64,000 nucleotides of DNA from Camelus dromedarius (taxonomy: Eukaryota): the NCBI RefSeq assembly GCF_036321535.1, contig NC_087437.1, positions 60,204,001 to 60,268,000 on the forward strand. Reading direction: 5' to 3'. Below are positions 37,930 to 49,490 of this stretch, in pieces (within the stretch, counting starts at the first letter, position 1; every line of letters starts with the position of its first letter). The position numbers and the translations under genes were made by a program. Under the pieces are notes generated by a model, which worked only from the letters and a program-made list of their open reading frames with translations, was not told where the DNA came from and ran no database searches.

Positions 37930-38280
37930 TCAGAGAAAGACAAATACTGTGTGACATCACTTATATGTGGAATCTAAAAAATACAACAAACTAGTGAATA
38001 GAACAAAAAAGAGGCAGACTCACAAATACAGAGAACAAACTAACGGTTACCAGTGGGGAGAGGGGAGGGGGAGGGGCAATGCAGGGACAGGGGAGTAAGA
38101 AATATAAACTATTAGGTATAAAATAAACTACAAGGATGTATTTCACAACAGGGGGAATATACTCAATATTTTATAGTAACTATAAATAGAGTATAACCTT
38201 TAATAATTGTGAATCACCATATTGTACACCTGTAACTTGTATAATACTGGACAACAACTATACTTCAATTAAAAAAAATA
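37930..38280 (+). mobile_element. L1 3' end
   Basis: cagagaaagacaaatactgtgtgacatcacttatatgtggaatctaaaaa...caactatacttcaattaaaaaaa. Confidence 0.92.
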
Positions 38281-38539
38281 CACTTAAAGACCTAAAATGA
38301 TAGGTAAAAATAAATAGATACACAAATAAGCCGCATCTTGAACTCACAAATAATGCAAAGAACTGATAAATTTCTTTGGAAGCTAGACTTCTGTCTTCCT
38401 TGATGATTTGTCTTGGTCAAGCCATCTTCCCCTAGGACTCTACCAGTTTTTCATCACAAGTCTTAGTTTCAGTTACCTTGTGGCTGAGAAAGCGTGCTGG
38501 GATTTGGAGTGAAGTGAAACATCTAAAGTGTGTAGCACA

Positions 38540-39018
38540 TTTCTATCTTTCTTTCTTCCTTCCTTCCTTTCTTTCTTTCACTCTTCCTTCTTCCTTCCTT
38601 CCTCCCTCCCTCCCTCTTTCTTTCTTCCTTCCTCCCTTCCTCCTTCTTTTTCCTCCCTCCCTCTTTCTTTCTTTCTTCCTTCCTCCCTATTTCTTTCTTC
38701 TTTCCTTCCTCCCTCCCTCTCTTTCCTTCTTTCTTCCTTCCTACCTCTCTCCTTTTTTCCTTCTTCCTTCCCTGCCTTTCTTTCTTCCTTCTTCCCTCCC
38801 TCCTTTTTTCCTTCTTCCTTCCCTGCCTTTCTTTCTTCCTTCTTCCCTCCCTCCTTCTCTCTTCCTTCCTCCCTGCCTCCTTTTTCTTCCCTCCCTTCTT
38901 TCCTCCTTTCTTTCTTTCTTCTTTCTTTCTTCCTTTCTTCCTTTCTCTCTCCCTCTTTCCCTCCCTCTCTCTCCCTCCCTCCCTCCCTCCCTTGCTTCCT
39001 TCCTGTCTTTTTCTTTTA
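38540..39018. repeat. ~480-bp polypyrimidine (CTTC/CTTT/CCCT) low-complexity tract
   Basis: Almost purine-free on the + strand; contains a perfect 51-bp tandem duplication (38750-38800 / 38801-38851). Confidence 0.95.
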
Positions 39019-40947
39019 TATGACCAAACTGAGAAATGCTTGTTGGAGAAAAGCAGTCCTGAGGTCTCAGAAAAACCACCCCTCTGCTCTCACCCAGAAG
39101 AGTTGCTCTGTCAAGTCCTGACTCCCCCAGCACCACCCAGGACAGTACACAGTGGAGCGCTGTATAGTTTGTAAAGAGCTTTTGTGTCTATTCTCTCATT
39201 TAAGCCTCATAAAATTGCTGTGAGGCAGGCCAGCAGGCTTTCTCCTATTTTAGAGATGGTAAAAGCAAGAGTTAGAGGGGCAAGGAGACTTGTTCAAGAT
39301 GGTGTCACTAGTTAGTATTTATTCAACAGATATTCATTGTTTTATTTATACTGCTTTGTGGATGATATTAGTTATTACAGCATGGAGCCAGATCTGCTGA
39401 CTGGCTACTCAGGACTCTTCAGCTACACCAGGCTCTTTCTCCTAAGGATATAAATAAAAATGGATTTTCCACTGGAAACAGGTCAAATGACTTATTACAG
39501 CTGTAGACAATTCAGAGGGACCTGGTAAATCCTAAATGAGTCATGCTTCATTTGAATAACAAACCAGAGGCACTCTGAAGCCTGCAGCGTAAAGAAATAG
39601 AATTACACAGTTGCAGGAAACTCAATTATTGAGACCAGTGGCTTTTAAACATTTTTAAAACATAAAAACCATTCTTAAAATTCAGGCAGCTCAATGAGAA
39701 AGCCTATCAAAGCAGTATCTTTATAGAACTTGCAGCCTTACTTAATATCTCTGGAAAACTCTCTTATTTATAGATGAGGAGACAGGCCTAGAGGCACAGG
39801 GAGAGGTCTCTTGGAGGATCAGTGAGCTGGAGCTGGAACCTGAAGCCAGCAGTATTCCCACTGAAGGGTCCCCGTGCAGAATAAGCTGATTGGCCCAACT
39901 CACTTTTTGGTCATAATCCTTCAGTGCTCCCTATATTACTAACACACCCAATCATTTCAAAACTCCTTAGCTCAAGCTAGTCCCTCTTCTCAGAATGTAT
40001 TTCTGCCTGTGAAACTTGCATTTTTTCCCTATAGACCTGGATCAAGCGGATCTCCCCTCCCCTATGAAGTTTCCTTAAGAGTCATAGTGAGAGAGACTCA
40101 CTGTGTCCCTCTAGAACCTTTGGTGACACTCTTAGGACGTTCTGCTTTGGTCTTAGAGCCATTTGAGGCTTAACCCCACTCCTGAGATTTCATCCTTTTT
40201 GAGGACAAAGGCCTCTTCCCAGAACCTAATACAGTGTCTTTCTTCCAGCTTTAAAATACTATGATGCTATGATCTCAAAAGATGTTACTCTAAAATAGAG
40301 GGTTTTTTAAAAATGAAATTGTACAGAATCAGTCTCATTTTTGAACATTCAGGCCCTGGCTAGATTCTTTTAAAGCTGAGCAAAGTTCCTTCCATCTTGT
40401 CCTCTTCCTCATTCTCAAGCATTTAACATGTAGCTCCACATAAACACTGTCTAACCTTGACCCATGCCTGTGAAACCAACACAGTGGCTGCCTTCAGAGG
40501 CACTGGTCCAAGGAGGTGGACTGGCCTGGACCCCATCCTGGCCCTGCCATTATCCTCGGCAAGCCACGTCCTCCCTCAGAGCTCCTGCCCTCTCAGCCAC
40601 TACGTGTGCTCACTCCTCTGCGAGGAGCTGAAGACAGATGCACGTAGAAGCATTTCTAAACTGCAGGCTGACTTGGCCAGCTTATTGAAATCAGTGGGGG
40701 GAAAAAAACTAAAGTCAGTATCTAAGATTTTAAAAATTGTGTAATACCAAATAACCCATTTATCTGAATGTTCTCTTTCTAGTGGATGCTGTGGCATTAT
40801 AGAGTTACAGGCTTCCTGCTACTTATGGGTCACCCCAAGGCCCTCGAAGCTATTGCTCTGGAAATCAGCACACTACTATTCTACTGACTCCAGTTGAAAA
40901 TATTCATTCATCCCCCAAATATTTCCTGAGCATCTACTGTGCCAGGC

Positions 40948-41385
40948 TGTGATGGGTTGAATTGTGCCCCTCAAAAAAGATATGCTGAAGTCCTAGCCCC
41001 TAGTATCTGTGAAAGTGACCTTATTTGGAAATCAAGTCTGTAAATATAATCAAGTTAAGATGAGGTCATCCTAAAGGAAGGTGAGCCCTACTCCAACATG
41101 ACTGGTGTCCTTATAAGAAGAGAAGAGAAACAGACAGACCCAGAGGGAGGGGTGCCATGTAAAAACGGAGGCAGAGATTGGAGTTATGCTGCCACAGACA
41201 ATGGCATCTGGAAGCTAGAAGAGACAAGGAAAGTTCCTGTCCTAGGGGTTTTGGAGGGAGCATGGCCCTACCAAGACCTTGGTTTTGGATATCCAGCCTC
41301 CAGAACTGTGAGATAATACACTTCTGTTGTTTTAAGCCACTTACTTTGTGGTACTTTGTTATGGCAGCCTTAGGAAACTAATACA
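40948..41385 (+). mobile_element. MLT1C-type solo LTR inserted in an L2
   Basis: tgtgatgggttgaattgtg...gaccttatttggaaat...ggcagagattggagttatg...aggaaactaataca. L2 sequence on both sides. Confidence 0.9.
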
Positions 41386-41960
41386 TTGACATATTGGGCA
41401 TCTAGCAGAGACTAAGACATAGAACTTATATTTTGATGAAGAAGTCATGACAATAAACATAGGTGAATAAATATGAAAACGGCAGATTCAGGTACTAAAG
41501 GGATTAAACAGGGTCTTGTATCACTTTAGTTCTTACTTCAAGGAAGAGAGGTCTATTGTGGGGTAGGTGGGCTGGAACCAGATCATACAGGGCCTTGGGA
41601 TGTTGTATGGGGAAAGGAATTGTCGTGGAGCCAGAGTGGCTGTGGATAGAGCTATGTAGGTTGTTCAAATGAATGATGGTGGCCTGGAAGAAAAGGGTGG
41701 CAATGGAGGTGATTCGAGATATCTCATGACGGTAGAATCAAAAGATCTTCCTGATGGATTGGCTGAGGGAATCAAGGATGAATCTATATTTTTGGTTTAA
41801 GCCGAAACCATTTGTTTTGGGATAGATGGTGAGGTCTTTTATGGAAATGAGGAAGATTAGGGGAGGCACATGTTGGGGGTGAGAGGGAGGGAGTTCAGTT
41901 AGTTTTGAGATGCTTATTAAACATCTTTGTGGAGATGCAAGCAAATCATTGGCTATGTGA
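41386..41960 (-). mobile_element. LINE2 fragment
   Basis: gatcatacagggccttgg...gatggtggcctgga...gagttcagtt...ttgagatgcttatta. Confidence 0.7.
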
Positions 41961-43143
41961 CTTCAGTGGCAAGAGGGCCCCCAAATCCAAGGTCCTTCTT
42001 TCTGGAGATCTTTCCAAATCCCAAGGCCTCTAGTGAGAATGGAGAGAGTTTCTTTTTTTCCCTCTTGGAAGGCTTCTCTTTGTCCAGGGTTATAGATAAG
42101 CATATGCATTCTGGGTGGCCTTGAATAAACCTCTAATGCCAAGAAACTTGCTAAGTTGCATGGAAGTTTTCAAACTCCTTCACAAAGTATTTTGTGCTTC
42201 AAAAGCTTCCTGCAGTGTTTTTAGAGCCATGTCTAGCTTCATCTGCAGAGTCAGATCTCTTGGGGCTTCGAGAATAAACTGGGTGGAAAGGTTGGGGGAA
42301 GCGATAGGTGACCCTGGACAGTATTCCCAGCACTCCGGGCTCCAAGCTGCTTGGCCAGTTAAGAAAGCAGAAGAAACCTCTGGCTTTGCACAGACCCACT
42401 TCCTGCACAAAGAGCTTGGGGAAGAAAAAAGATAGAGAGCCAGAAAGGCCTGCACTCTGGGCAGGCTGAGCCTCACCCGAAGGAGCTGACTCAGAACCAG
42501 CAGCTGCTCGCCCTGGGAGCCGCCATCCTCGGCACAGTCAGAGATCAGTTAAAACAGGCCACTCTGGTTTGCTCGCCCCGCACCAGTCCCTCCAGGGGAC
42601 TTCCTTTCACTTTCAACTTCCTCCAAAGACTTCTTTGCTGCCTAATTAACTTGGAGCCCAGTGACCTGCGAAGGAGGAGGCGGCTGCAAGGAGGGAGGAG
42701 CCTTTGCACCAGGAGCCTAAGACTTGTTTTGGCAACCCCAGCACCATTCCTGGGACTCTCAGTGAGTCACTGTACTCCCTGGACCTTCAGTTCCCCAACT
42801 ATGAAGCAGACAGATAGTGATTATCCACCTGTCCATCCTGTGCTCCGGGGTCATCCTGAGAGTGAAGAGAGACTGTGCGTGGCCATGCTCCGTTAGTACT
42901 TTCTCTGACATACAGCATATACAGTATGGCAAAGCATGTATTTTTAACCCATCTTAAAAGTAATCCTAAAAGAAAAAAATGGCAATAATTATTTTCTAGT
43001 TGTAAAATGATTTAGAGGGGAAGAAATCAATAAGACAGAAACTCCTGAAGTTTCTCGCAGTTGACACCACCTCTCCCTGGCCCCAGGGACCCAGAGGGGG
43101 ATCTGTAACTGGCTACAACAAAGGGTTCCAGGATCCTCTCAGG

Positions 43144-43319
43144 GAGGCTTGCGAGATAGAGCAAAAAAATATGGGATGTCCACTTAAATTGGAATTTCAG
43201 ATAAACAACACATTATGTTTTAGTATAAGTATGTTCCAAATACTTACATTAAAAATTATTCATTGTTTATATGAAATTCCAATTTAACTGGGCATCTTAG
43301 ATTTTATCCAGCAGCTCTA
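43144..43319. mobile_element. MER53 palindromic DNA element
   Basis: Arms TTAAATTGGAATTTCAGATAAACAA (43184-43208) and TTGTTTATATGAAATTCCAATTTAA (43263-43287) are reverse complements at 24/25 positions; matches recalled MER53. Confidence 0.85.
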
Positions 43320-45209
43320 TGGGATGCCTGGACCATATCAAGCAGAGGATTCAGCAGGTGTAGAAAGCCACTTGGATGTCCCATGTGCCTCACCCATGTC
43401 CCCAGGGGAGAGCCCTGCCTTCAACAGAGGGTCTCTTTACCCTTCAAGCAATTTGGATTAAGGAAGTGGTCTGTCTTTACTAACTCAATACATATGTTTG
43501 AGGGCTTCCTATGTGCAAAAGGGCACTGTTTAAATGTGCAAGACAATAAATCTAGTCACTAGGGACTTAAAGCTCAGAGACTGTTGGAGGAAGGAGAGGA
43601 GACCAGACTCAAAGGAGACAACAAGGTGAAAGGTGAGGACAGTGTGCTGGGGAGGGAGACTGAGGAGAATGCAAGGGTCAGGGGCTTCCCATCCCCCAGC
43701 ACAGCTTCTTTCCCTACTGACTGGGCGCTTGGGATCCATGTCTGTCATGTCCTTTGGTAACTCCTCCCTGCAAAGTCCCCACACTGGAGTCACTAATAGG
43801 CTTCAGACACAGGCTTTTTCAATGAGGCGAAGAGAAGCAACGAAAGAACATTACCTCAGGCAACGCCTCCTCTGAGGGAAGCAAAGTTGAGATTCTCTGC
43901 TGCAACTTGTCATTAACAACACCAAACGTGCACAAAAAGGAGAAAGCAAAGAAAACTAGCCACTGACCCTGCTGTATTCCCGCCTCAGGAGACACTTGTC
44001 TGGGCCCACAGTACCTCCTTCCTTCCCTCCCTTCCTGCCTTTTCTCATTATTTCCTGACCAACTACTTACTCACAGAGGAGAATTAGCCGGAGTCCCACT
44101 AATAAGATGCTTACAATCAGAGGTAAGAAAGTAAAGACAGGGAAAGGACTGAGGCCTGAGAGATCATGCCCAACTGGGATATCTGGGAAGGCTTCCTGGA
44201 GGAGCTAGCATTTTGTTGTGAGTCCTGAAGAACACATAGGATTTGGACATAGAGATGGGGGTAAAGAGGTCACATTACAAGCAGAGGAAAGAGAGTGAGG
44301 CAAAGAACAGAGGTGGTGAAGCCCAGAACATAAGAAGAAAGTGGTGGTCAGGATGATTTCAGACCATCCTGAGGTAGGTCTCAGGGTTCAAACTAGGAGC
44401 TCAAGGGAAAGCAAAGTTTGCATTGTCCTGGGATGCTCAGAGAAACGTTCTGACCCACTTGTTTACCTGTTTTTCTCTTTCCCCTCACTTGAGCACATCT
44501 TTCTCTGTTGGAGCCTCATTTATAATTCAGGCAACCTCCTTCAGAGGGAGCAGGTGTTTCTCTGGGATGAAACACCTTGAGAAGCAGAATGTACAAGTGG
44601 GGGAAAAAAAAAACCAAACATGTCACAGCAGAGCCAGGCAGAGAGAAGCTTGGGTCACAGCAAGGGCAAAAGGAAGAGGAAGCTTGTTGGCATGCAGTGA
44701 CAAGGCAGCCAAAGACAGCATCATTCCCTCCCCACCCACTTCTGAAAATCTGGATTAACTTTACCCTCCTTCAACCCCTCTGTCCAGGATCCCATCTCTA
44801 GAATGCCTCTTAGAGTCTCAACACCTCTTCCTTCAAGATGTCCCTTTGAAAATGCTCACATCCTTATGAAGGATGATCTACCCTGGGTTCCTTAGAGAGC
44901 AGAGCCTGAGGTAAATGCTTAAGTATCTGCTTTATTAGGGGGTGCAACCCCATGGAGTGGAAGGAAGGGAAAAGCAGAGTAAAGCTGAGGGAGAGTCAAT
45001 AGAAGGGCATGTTTCCAAACTGGCCACAACTTGTACAAACCACGACTGCTTGTTTTACGAGACCATCTTCTGAGAGGCCATATGACAAACATATACAACA
45101 TTCCTTCTCAGTCGGTCGGAAGAGGAAGAGAGAAGAGTGTATCTGCCAACTCTCATCTCTTATTGGAGACGTTTGGCCCATGGGCATGAGTTCCTCTACT
45201 CTTCCACGC

Positions 45210-45220
45210 TGCGCATGCGC
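45210..45220. promoter_or_regulatory. Perfect NRF1 palindrome TGCGCATGCGC
   Basis: Exact consensus with CpGs retained, outside a CpG island. Confidence 0.5.
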
Positions 45221-47958
45221 GAGCACCAGGTGGTCCACAAGGCACTTTACTTGTCAGGGTCAACAGGGAAGCCCTGTCCCCATGATGGTGGTGAATGGAG
45301 TGGCCTTCAGGAGAGGCGCTGTGGGGTCGGGCTGAGGTGAAAGTTGTTGGGGCCCACACAGAGCAGGTCACTGCAGTGAAGACCAGGGCTGAAACAAGTG
45401 GCCTTTGGAGAGGCCAAAGAGATTCTGGAGTTGCCTAAGCGGTACCTGGTTCAGGGATGATCCTTCTTATTATTAGCAGCTGTCGCCATGTTACCAGTTA
45501 GCTCTTTAGCAGGTTCCTGCCTGCTGGCAACCCCTGAGAACTGGAGCTGGCCTCGGATTGGACATGGCTGTGGGTACAGATGCTGGGGTCAGGGTGGGCA
45601 TCAGGCAAGCTCATTTCCCCAACCTCGGTCCTGGGTTGGGGTGTGGCTGTGATGCAAATTACCCCGAAAGCCCATTTTGGGCTGCTCACCTGCCACTGGG
45701 ATGCAGGCCCCCAGAGGACCTCAGCAAGCAAATACAATCCCAAAGACAAGACATTAAAGGGACTCCTGAGGACCCAGCATTATTAATGGCCTATTCAAGT
45801 CGAAGGAAATCAATAGCTATTTAGAAAAGGCTTTGGGGAAGAAAGTAGTTTCGATTAAGAAAAAGGAAAACCAAATACTTGCTTTCCCTGAGGGTGAGAA
45901 AATGAGTCAGGATTTCCCCCAGACTGCAGTGTTTCCATAAACTTTTGACTGACACCTGCCAAGAAGGAGGGTCTGTGTGTGTGTGAGTAGAAGTGATAGA
46001 CTAGATTGATTTCTTAATCTGGTTTTTCCCTTACCCATCCAGAGATTCCAAATTCCAAAAGAGAAAATTGCATAGTTTTCTAAAACACATTAGTACTCTC
46101 TTTCCCAAAGCACTCAGGAAAATGAAAACAGCTCTTAAAGCTTTAGAGGACATATCTGAAATGCTGTGTACTTCTAGCTTGGCAGTAAAAGTAAAAACAA
46201 GCCCAGATTCCATTTGAACGGTACAGTGTTTATCTAATACTTTTCTCCAGGAGCTGCAGGCTCTGCTGGATGTAAATACTCTCTTCTTTCCCCTAAGGGA
46301 AATAGGTGGTCAGCATTATCGGCTCAGTTTGGCAGCTAGAGAAGCAAAGCATGTGATGGGGGAATGATTTGTCCAAAAGAACACAGTGACAGCATTAGAC
46401 ATAGCTGTTCTCCACTTTCTGTCATCTTGATTAAATTGCTGTTTCAGACTAGAAATTATCGTTAAGACTCTATATTAAGCACCTTACTGTAAAGGAGAGG
46501 AAAAGTGGTACCACAGATCACAGAGGGCTGTCCCTTCAGGTCTGGAAATTTGTCTTTGCTCTCATCCTTTTTCCCTCATCCTGCAGGACTGAAGCTGAGA
46601 GCTCATCTGTGGCTGACAGGCCAGCACTCTGCTAATTTGGCAAAGGACTTTCCTGGGCCTCCCAGGACCTTTATCTAAAATCAGGGTAATGGCATTCACC
46701 CCAGTGGCTTATGTCATGACCTGATGGTACTTGAGTTTAGTTCCCCTTTGTTAAGGGCCTTCTATGTGCTCTCCTGAGCAGGACACTGAGTGGCCATGTG
46801 AGGTTGCACTTGGCAGAGGCAGAAGAGAGAACCATTTGGGGCTGACTCCAGTGACTTTGGCCCCTCAGGTATGGTAGGCCTGCAGGGAAGCCACAGGGCC
46901 TATGGGATTCTGTTACCAGTGGCTGGGCGCAGGGGAAGGCAGCGCTGTCCTGTGGACAGCTATCTCAGCTTTGTTTCCAATCCCAGAGCCATCACTTACA
47001 GTTGGTGGTCCTGGGGAGGTGAACTTTGCTGAACTGGGCCTCATTTGTTAAATGAAGATAATGATCTCTACCTCAGAGTGCGGAGATTAAATTGTATAAT
47101 ATCTGTAATCCTGGTACGCAAGAGGCACTCAGTAATTCCAGTCATTGTCATGACTGGTTAGTCCCAGTGTCTCTAGGTGATCCTGTTTCATTAGACTAGA
47201 AGCTATGCTTCCCTGTTTCCCATGTCACTCCTGTTTAGGCTTGTGTCTGTCATGGAGGTCCACAGGTGGAAAATTACAGGCATTCTGGAGCTTGCCTCAA
47301 AGCACATCCACTGTTCCCACAAGAAAAGCAGGGAGCTTCCAGACTGGAGGGCCCAGGCCCCCCATCAGCAGGGTTGGGTGGAGTGGTGTTTGAACACACT
47401 TGTTTTTCTTTGTAGGTTTCTTCGGAAATCTGAAAAGGCAGAGCCCATTACTAGTGAGACAGTCTTTTTCATCTCTGTCTTCCCCATCAACTGTCATCTG
47501 TCGTTAGGTTTGGGGTGGGAGAAGGGGATCAGATCTCCAGGGACTCAGGATCTGCTCCCAGATTTCCTAACTGGGAAGAATTCCTTTAAAAAAAATGTTG
47601 GGGGTCAGACAACCAACATGGTTCCTAGAAAAGCTGCACGGCTACCCTCCCTTCTTCTCCTGTTCCTTCCCACTGCTCCAGCAGCTGCGGTTTGGCTGCT
47701 GGCACAGCAGACCTTGACATTGACAGACAAGCCCCACCTCCTCTCCCACAGCCCATTCCCATGGGGCTGCTTTGATGGAAAGGTACAGCCTTGTGCCATT
47801 TGTGCTCTTGCACAGGCCACACCTGGCCCCAAGACTGGGTGAAACACACATTACAGATGTGCGTGGTTTGTACAGGAGAGTGAGTAATAAGTCTTTGCCT
47901 TCCACTGGTGTTATGGAGATTTTCTGTGGCCTTTTACATGAGATACTGAGTGTTGCCT

Positions 47959-48358
47959 TCCTATAGGCTGAATCATGTCCTGTCCCCCCCCACCTCCTTA
48001 AATTCATATGTTGAAGTCCTAACCTGTGGTACCTCAGAATGTGACTGTATTTGGAGATAAGACCTTTAAAGAGGTAATTACTGTAAAATGAGGTCATATG
48101 GATGGGACCTCATCCAATATGAATAGAATCCTTATAAGAAGAGGAAATTTGGGCACAGACAGGTACAGAGAAAAGACCATGTGAAAACATGGGGAGAAGT
48201 TGCCCACCTACAGGCCAAGAAGAGAGGCTTCAGGACAAACCAACCCTGCTAACACCTTGATCTTGGATTTTCAGCCTCCAGAACTGAGGAAATAAATTTC
48301 TGTTGTTTAAGCCACCCAGTCTGCGGTCCTTTGTTATAGCCGCCCTAACAAATTGTAC
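47959..48358 (+). mobile_element. MLT1B-type solo LTR
   Basis: aaattcatatgttgaagtcctaacc...gtacctcagaatgtgactgtatttggagata...aaataaatttctgttgtttaagccacccagtc. Confidence 0.9.
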
Positions 48359-49214
48359 TTCCCATTTAGGTACTGTCAAGTTTTGTAGTCTCTTGTTTTT
48401 AATTGGGAGTCTTTCTTTTTCTTGAGTTTGAGGGATAGATTCAAATGGAGCTTGTTTTATTGATGAGTAAGATTTATTAGAAACCACCTCCTGAAACTCT
48501 TGGCAGATTTAGAAAAAGGACAAAATGCAAGCCCATGCTCTCCAGTGCCAGTACATTTGTACCATTGATCCTAAACTGTAGAGAAAATCAGAGAAGATGG
48601 ATCTATTTGTATTGACACAAAAGGCTGTAAGTTTATGAGATTTGTCCTGCCAAGCAGTGCCAGGGAAAATGAGCAATTATGATAGCAAGTTCTTCATCTT
48701 AAAAACTGATTTAAAAGCATCATTAGAGAACTTGATATTTGTTTCACTTAAAAGGCTCTTTTTAAATAAGAAAAATGTTTCTGCCAGTTATAATTCCAGG
48801 TAACCTAATACAGTATGTTCTGAGCTTCAGTTTTTTCCTTCAGTTGTTGATAATTTGATAAACCTTTATTACATTTGTAGCTCTTTCTGGGGCCAGAAAA
48901 TTCTAGAATTTGTTTTATAATAGTAACTTCCTTTTGAATAGCACTTTCAAAGAAATCTCATAACAACTCTGTGAGGCAATACACGTATCATTCATTACTA
49001 ATAACTAGCATTTGTGTAGTTTTCTCTGTTATAAATCACATTCATATACACCATCTTTTTTAATTGCCAGAGAAGTTAAATGAATTGGTTGAAGTTACAT
49101 AGCAATCTTTTAATGTTGAGCTGGGGTTAGAACCCAAGTCAGAACTGTTCTCATGAGATTAATATTTTTTCTTCACAAATAGGCTTAGAATTTGACTCTA
49201 AAAGTCCCGGAACA

Positions 49215-49490
49215 AATTTCTTCCAGTCCTTCCAGGCCCAGTTCAGATGCCACCTCTTTTGTGCAGATTCCCCAGATACAACACAGAACTAATCGCTCCT
49301 TCATCTGCAGCCCCAAAGTGCTTTCTCGGGCCCTTCCTCGGAGCTCTCGCCCCATATTAGGTGCTTATATTTTGGTTTCCTGTGTACCCATCTTATCATC
49401 CCAATAGACTGAGCTCTGTGAGGCTGAGAGGAGGACTTATTAGCCCACTCACTTGATGCACAACCGACAGCATTCAACACATGTTCTGGG
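49215..49490 (+). mobile_element. LINE2 3' fragment
   Basis: ccttccaggcccagttcagatgccacctc...tagactgagctctgtgagg...cattcaacacatgtt. Confidence 0.65.

Noticed and set aside
38478..39136. F/L/P/S-rich and R/K/E/G-rich ORFs
   Set aside because: Artefacts of the stop-free CT low-complexity tract.
45137..45340. FLYSSTLRMREHQVVH resembles a C2H2 zinc-finger tail
   Set aside because: No CxxC, wrong spacing and no neighbouring fingers; treated as coincidence.
47222..47842. 206-aa plus-strand ORF
   Set aside because: No recognisable homology or supporting gene structure.
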